Below are positions 58,561-64,000 of a DNA stretch of 64,000 bases, piece by piece; position 1 is the stretch's first letter; every line of letters begins with the position of its first letter. This stretch comes from Centroscyllium fabricii (Eukaryota): contig JBNRSN020000031.1 of the NCBI GenBank assembly GCA_051313645.2, positions 36,084,001 to 36,148,000 of the forward strand, given 5' to 3'. The notes beneath the pieces are model-generated. The model saw only the letters and a program-made list of their open reading frames with translations, had not been told where the DNA came from and did not search any database. Both the position numbers and the translations under genes were made by a program.

Positions 58561-61263
58561 CTATGTATGCCGTTGGGGTGGCCGGATGATGCGGCCGGAC
58601 CGTGTTGCTTGTAGCCTCTGGTTCTGCGGTAGAGTGTGGGCGGGTTTTGTTGCGGGAGGGTGACCGCGTTGCGGTGGTTGTGCGGGGACCGTAGTCTCGC
58701 CCGCTATCACGTGTGCCGGCTTGAGCCGGTCTATTGTTACAGTGTCAGTCCTGTTACCCATTTGTAATTCGAAAGCTTTCGCTCCCGCCCGAAGCACTCT
58801 GCAGGGGCCATCGTAAGGTGGCTGTAGTGGGGATCGGTGTCCGTCGCGCCGGACGAACACAAATTTAGCATTTTTAATGTTCTCCGGCACCCGAGCTGCC
58901 GGCTCTCCGTGCCGGGCCACTGGTAGTGGCTGGAAAGCTCGTGCCGGGTTAGCAAAATCTTTTAAATACTGGTCGGCTGACCAGGGAGCGTTGGGCTCAG
59001 CCAGGAACTCGCCCGGCACCGTTAAAGTTTGGCCGTAGACGAGCTCCGCTGCCGAGGCGTTGAGGTCTTCTTTGACTGCCGAGCGCAGCCCGAGGAGGAC
59101 CCATGGAAGGCGATCGGTCCACGATGCGTCTTTTAGCGTGGCCCGTAGTGATGCCTTCATCGAGCGGTGGAACCGTTCACATAGGCCGTTCGCCTGTGGG
59201 TGGTATGCGGTGGTTCGGTGTAGTGTCACCCCGAGGTCGCGGGCGATGGCCGCCCATAATGCCGACGTAAATTGGGGTCCTCTGTCGGAGGTGATGTCTG
59301 TGGGCACGCCGAAGCGGGCGACCCAGGTGGCGATGAACGCCCTGGCCAAGTCCGTGGTGCCGGTGGCGGTGAGGGGGACTGCTTCTGGCCAGCGAGTGTT
59401 GCGGTCGACCATGGTCATTAGGTGCGTGTGGCCCCGGGATGGCGGTAGTGGCCCGACGAGATCGATGTGGACATGGTCAAAACGCCTGGCCGGTACTTTA
59501 AAATTTTCCAGCGGTGCCCTGATGTGCTTATGCACTTTGGAGCGCTGGCAGGCTATGCAGGAGCTGGCCCAGGCGCGGACGTCCTTGCGCAGGCCGCGCC
59601 ATACGAATCGGGCCGATATTAACTTAATGGACGCGCAGGCGCCGGGGTGGGACAGGTCATGGAGGGTCCTAAAAATATGTTGCCTCCAAGCGTGGGGCAC
59701 GACGGGCCTGGGTTGCGGTAAGGATACGTCGCAGCAGACGACGGTGGCAGCGGGGCCGTGCGCGATATTGGCCAAGTGGAGGCCGGGGAGATTAGTTGCT
59801 GCGTTGAGTAGGTCGGGGTCGGCCAGCTGGTCCGCGGCCAGCTGGGCGTAATCGACCGCCATTTGGGCGGCGTTAATGGTGGGGCGTGAGAGGCAGTCAG
59901 CGACCACGTTGTCGCGGCCGTAAATATGCTGGATGTCGGTTGTAAATTCCGACACGGCCGCGAGTTGGCGCTGCTGCCTGGCCGACCAGGGTTCAGCGAC
60001 CTTAGCCATCGCAAACGTGAGTGGCTTATGGTCGACGAAGGCTGTAAAGTGGCGGCCCTCCAAGAGGAAACGAAAATGTCGCACCGGCAGATGGAGAGCG
60101 AGCAGCTCCCTATCAAAGGCGCTGTATTTAACCTCTGGGGGCCGGAGTTGCCGGCTGAAAAAGGCCAAGGGCTGCCACGAGTTGCCGGTCCACTGCTCAA
60201 ATACGGCCCCGACCGCATGGTCGGAGGCGTCGGTGGTGAGGGCTACTCTGGCGTTGGGCCTAGGGTGGGCTAGGAGGGTGGCGTTTGCCAGGGCGGTTTT
60301 AGTTGCGGTAAAGGCGGTGGCGGCTTCGGCCGTCCACTCGACCGCAGCCTTATTGGACTGCCCGCGGGTGGCCTGGTATAAGGGGGCCATGAGAGCGGCT
60401 GCTCCCGGGATAAAGCGGTTATAAAAATTAACCATCCCCAGAAATTCCTGCAGCCCTTTAATGGAGTGCGGGCGGGGGAATTCTTGTACCGCCTGCACCT
60501 TAGAGGGCAGGGGTATGGCCCCTGTTTGGGAAATGCGGTGGCCGAGGAAGTCAATGGTCTCGAGGCCGAATTTACATTTAGTGGGGCTTAAGATAAGGCC
60601 GTGTTCGGTAAGGCGTTGGGACAGGGTCCTGAGGTGCAGGAGGTGTTCCTGGGGGGAGGTGCTGGCCACGAGGATGTCGTCTAAATAGACGAAGATGAAC
60701 TTCAAGTCCCGTAGGACCGAGTTCATGAGGCGCTGGAAGGCCTGGGCCGCGTTTTTAACGCCGAAGGGCATCCTAAGAAACTCGAAGAGTCCGAAGGGGG
60801 TAATGACGGCCGTTTTAGGAATGTCCGCCGGGTGCACCGGAACCTAGTGGTAGCCACGCACCAGGTCGATCTTAGAAAAGATCGTACAACCCACTAGTCT
60901 GGCGGAAAAATCCTGGATGTGGGGTACGGGGTACCTATCCGGGGTGGTGGCGTTGTTAAGGCGGCGGTAGTCGCCGCAGTGGCGCCAGCCTCCGTCGGGC
61001 TTGGGGGCTATATGGAGCGGAGAGGACCAGGGGCTGCTGGAGCGGCGGATTATACCGAGTTGTTCCATAGTGCGGAACTCGGTGCGCGCGATCTCCTGCT
61101 TGGCCGGGTCGAGCCTACGGGCGTGGGCATGGCCGGGAGGGCCTGCAGTAGTTATAAAATGTTCCACCCCGTGTTTGGCCTTGCGGGCGGTGAACGTGGG
61201 GTTGGTTAGGGCGGGGAACTCTGCCAGGAGCGTGCCGTAGGCATCGGAGTCCCTGTGGAGCAT
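58561..61263 (-). pseudogene. pol: Gypsy Pol (RT, RNase H, integrase) with one premature stop at 60844-60846 and a frameshift relative to gag-PR
   Basis: [36 protein letters not shown] zinc finger, HIDLVGP/SDRGPQF/CERFHR DDE triad, PYDGP. Confidence 0.92.
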
Positions 61264-62345
61264 GGGATGGTCGTCATGGTGTTTATATTTACCAAGCGGC
61301 GCCGAGTTACATCGACCAGTAGGCCGTAGGCGCAGAGGAAGTCTGCCCCGAGGAGGGGAGAAGTGACCTGGGCCGTTACAAAATTCCAGGTGTACGCGTG
61401 GCTTGCAAGGGTTATGGTTAGCTTGCGGGTGCCGTACGTTTTTATGTTGGAGCCGATGGCTGCCGCTAGTGGCGGGCCCCGGGTGCCTCGTTTGGTTTCT
61501 GCAGGGGAGGCTGGCACGATGCTGTGCTGCGCGCCTGTGTCGCAGAGGAACCTAAGGCCGGTACCGCTGTCTGTGGCGAAGAGCAGTGCTCCTGTGTGGC
61601 CTACAGACATGGTGGGGGCTGAGTTGGGCCGTGGCTTAAACGCGCATGGCTGGACGCAGCGGTGCGCTTTGTGTTCGAACCGCGTGTGGTAATAGCACCA
61701 GCCGGTGCTAGAGGGACGCGTTTGTCTGGGTGGGCGCGGGGCCCTGGGTTCAGGCGTAAAGTTGTGCCTGGGGGGTGATTGGCTGCGCTCTACCGATGCG
61801 GAGTTAGGGTCGCATGTGGTTGAGCGGGTGCGCTGCGCCTCCATGAGCCTGTCGGCCTCCTCTCCGAGCTCGTCATCGCTCCGGTGGCCAAGGGCCGCCA
61901 AGGCCGGTCTGATGGCGCGGGGCAGTTTAAGGAGGAAGACGGTGCGGAAGAGGGAGGCCGAGTTGGGTGTGAGCGCTTGCATCTGACCTAAGAGGTCCGA
62001 TGGGTCTGCGTCCCCGAGTTCGGGGAGGTCGAGGAGCTGGCAGTCGCGCTCAAATTGGGAGGGGGTAAATTTTTTGATAAGCGCGGCCTTAAGCGTTTCA
62101 TACCTGCCTGCGATGGGCACGCGCTGTATTTTTGACCACATCCGATCAATCGTCGTCTGTGGTAGGGCTGTGAACACCAGGTCGTAGCGGTCGTCCCCTT
62201 GGATGCCATGTGTGCGGCAGCTGGCCTCAATGCAGACGAACCAGGCCGCTGGCCGTTGCTCCCAGAACTCGGGTAGGGTTAGTCCACGTCTGGCGTTCTG
62301 TCCAGCTCCCTGCGTTCGTGGAGCTTGGTTTCTTGGGTTTACCAT
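61206..62345 (-). CDS. gag: Gypsy Gag + aspartic protease
   Basis: [14 protein letters not shown]-x2-H-x9-C-x3-C ([18 protein letters not shown]), FLCDTGA, LLGADFL; probable ATG at 62345. Confidence 0.88.
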   Translation of the reverse strand: MVNPRNQAPRTQGAGQNARRGLTLPEFWEQRPAAWFVCIEASCRTHGIQGDDRYDLVFTALPQTTIDRMWSKIQRVPIAGRYETLKAALIKKFTPSQFERDCQLLDLPELGDADPSDLLGQMQALTPNSASLFRTVFLLKLPRAIRPALAALGHRSDDELGEEADRLMEAQRTRSTTCDPNSASVERSQSPPRHNFTPEPRAPRPPRQTRPSSTGWCYYHTRFEHKAHRCVQPCAFKPRPNSAPTMSVGHTGALLFATDSGTGLRFLCDTGAQHSIVPASPAETKRGTRGPPLAAAIGSNIKTYGTRKLTITLASHAYTWNFVTAQVTSPLLGADFLCAYGLLVDVTRRRLVNINTMTTIPCSTGTPMPTARSWQSSPP

Positions 62346-62419
62346 GTTTTCTGATAAAAGTCTTTGGCTGGTGGTCCCAGATCCTGCGGCAGCTTTTCTT
62401 CTCTGGAAGTCGTTCCAGT

Positions 62420-62431
62420 TCGGGGTCACCA
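62420..62431 (-). other. Primer binding site, tRNA-Trp
   Basis: TGGTGACCCCGA one base after the 5' LTR, complementary to the tRNA-Trp 3' end TCGGGGTCACCA. Confidence 0.88.
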
Positions 62432-62432
62432 C

Positions 62433-62677
62433 TGTAGCGCCGGCAGGCCTAGGAACCACACGTGAGCCAGAGCTAGAGAAAACACAGCTTTATTACACTA
62501 AGTCAAAACAAGAAAGAGAGTGAACCACTCGAGACAGGCATATTTAAACGGTCCCGCGGTTGGTGACGTCATCGCGTCGGCCGACGTGATGACGTCATCG
62601 CGTCACCCGGTTGAGCGGGGCTTTGCTCCGCGGAGTCCCCGTGGCGGATTCGATGTCCCAGTGGGCGTTCCGCCACA
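62433..62677 (-). repeat. 5' LTR (245 bp)
   Basis: Differs from the 3' LTR by three substitutions and a 26-bp indel. Confidence 0.95.
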
Positions 62678-63667
62678 CTATCCCTAATTTCCCTTGTTAG
62701 CCACGGTTGAGTCACCTTTTTTGTTTTATTTTTATGCCAAACTGGGCTGAACAAATTCTGTAGTTCATCCATGCGATCTTTGAATGTTTGCCATTGCCTA
62801 TCCACCGTTAGCCCTTTGAGTGACATTCCCCAACAATCCTACCCAACGCGCGCCTCATACCATCGTAGTTTCCTTTATTTAAATTCAGGACCCTAGTCTC
62901 TGAGTCAACTACTTCACTCCATCTTAATGAAGAATTCTATCATATTATGATCGCTCCAACCCAAGGGGCCTCGCACAACAAGATTGCTAATTAATCCTTT
63001 CTCATTATATGCCAGGAAGTTGGCGGCTGTTGCTTTCCCCTGATATGCCATCCCCCTCAACAGTATCAAAAATGGCATATCTGTTTGAGAGGGGGATGAC
63101 CACAGGGGACTCCTGCACTACCTGCCTGCGCCTGCTACTCTGCCTGGTGGTCACCCATTCCCTTTTTGCCTGTGCAACCTTTAACTGCGGTGTGACCAAC
63201 TCCCTAAACGTGCTTTTCACGACTTCCTCAGCATCGCAAATGCTCCAGAATGCATCAAATCGCAGGTCTAACGCCGCAATGCGGTCTGCCAGTAGCTGCA
63301 GCTGGATACTCTTCCCGCACACATGGTCATCAGGGACACGGGAAGTGTCCCTGATTTCCCACATAGCGCAGGAGGAGCACACTACGGGGCCGGGCTCTCC
63401 TGCCATGACTGACCCTTTAATTAATTCAAATTAAATTAAATCAAATCAATACCACCAATTACATTACAGTTAAATGATATACTTAAGATCCATTGGTTGC
63501 TAGCACTAGAAACTGTAACCACAAAAAAAATAAAGACCTTCTAAACTATATAAAGTATGAAACTTAACTGTCAAACTAACTTGGTTGTACTCACCCAATG
63601 AGCTGCTCCCTCCTGCCCGCGTCTCGTTTTGAATCATGACGTGGCTCTGGAACGCCGCTGCCAGTCT

Positions 63668-64000
63668 GAGTTCCGCACCCATGAGCATGGCCTCAACCGT
63701 GATATTGGATTTATGTCGCGCTGCATGTGACCCCGCCTGACGTAGAGTCATCCAGACTCGAACCATCTTTGGCTTGTTCTGCGATTTTCAGTGAGAAAAA
63801 TCCTGGTTTTTCAAAATCATTCTGTGGGATTTTCACAGACAGCAGACTGTAACATTTGACCCTTTGTGACTGCACCCTTTGATCTCAGGCTGACTGATAT
63901 TTTAGAACACCTTTGATTGCTTTGATGTCCCTCAGCTGAGGTGTGATGTGAAACAGCTGGAGAGACCACATTGTTCTCTCTCTCTCTCTCTCTCTCTCTC
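63668..64000 (+). mobile_element. Penelope ORF end + pseudo-LTR, running off the window
   Basis: EFRTHEHGLNRDIGFMSR* followed by sequence shared with 34980-35155 and 52146-52250. Confidence 0.85.

Larger units (their letters stand above)
58300..62677 (-). mobile_element. Full-length Ty3/Gypsy LTR retrotransposon, CsRn1-like
   Basis: Two TG..CA LTRs, 4-bp TSD CTAT, PBS, PPT, domain order gag-PR-RT-RH-IN. Confidence 0.96.
55907..63430 (-). mobile_element. Long degenerate CR1 (ORF1 N-terminus, internal deletion, ORF2, tail) hosting an HE1-like SINE (56533-56936) and the Gypsy provirus
   Basis: ORF1 VVCSSCAMWE..HVCGK..PLSNRYAI (63005-63406); RT motifs 56000-58299; TTATGCTAT|CCCTAATT is continuous across the Gypsy. 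Confidence 0.88.

Noticed and set aside
59060-60424. Long antisense ORFs within Gypsy pol
   Set aside because: These are expected shadow frames of a GC-rich coding region.

Overview
This is vertebrate nuclear DNA, very probably from a cartilaginous fish (shark or ray). The inference rests on abundant HE1-like V-SINEs with CR1 tails and SacSINE1-like DeuSINEs. Most of the window is nested transposable elements. Retrotransposons: CR1, L2/Crack-like, Rex1/Babar and RTE LINEs; several SINE families; Penelope-like elements with hammerhead-like motifs; at least seven solo LTRs; and one young full-length CsRn1-type Gypsy provirus (58300-62677). DNA transposons: hAT-, Tigger- and Harbinger-like MITEs. 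There is also a 1.5 kb minisatellite. No host protein-coding gene could be identified with confidence; there are only weak + strand exon candidates. The most interesting signals are: (1) a three-copy SINE with a 5S rRNA-derived Pol III promoter and a Rex1/Babar LINE tail; (2) a V-SINE seen with two alternative CR1 tails; (3) fold-back Penelope insertions carrying ribozyme-like cores; (4) an NRF1-motif module shared between MITEs of different superfamilies; (5) a ~180 bp duplication flanking a Rex1/SINE chimera. Family names come from recalled motifs, not database searches. Boundaries without a stated TSD are approximate.
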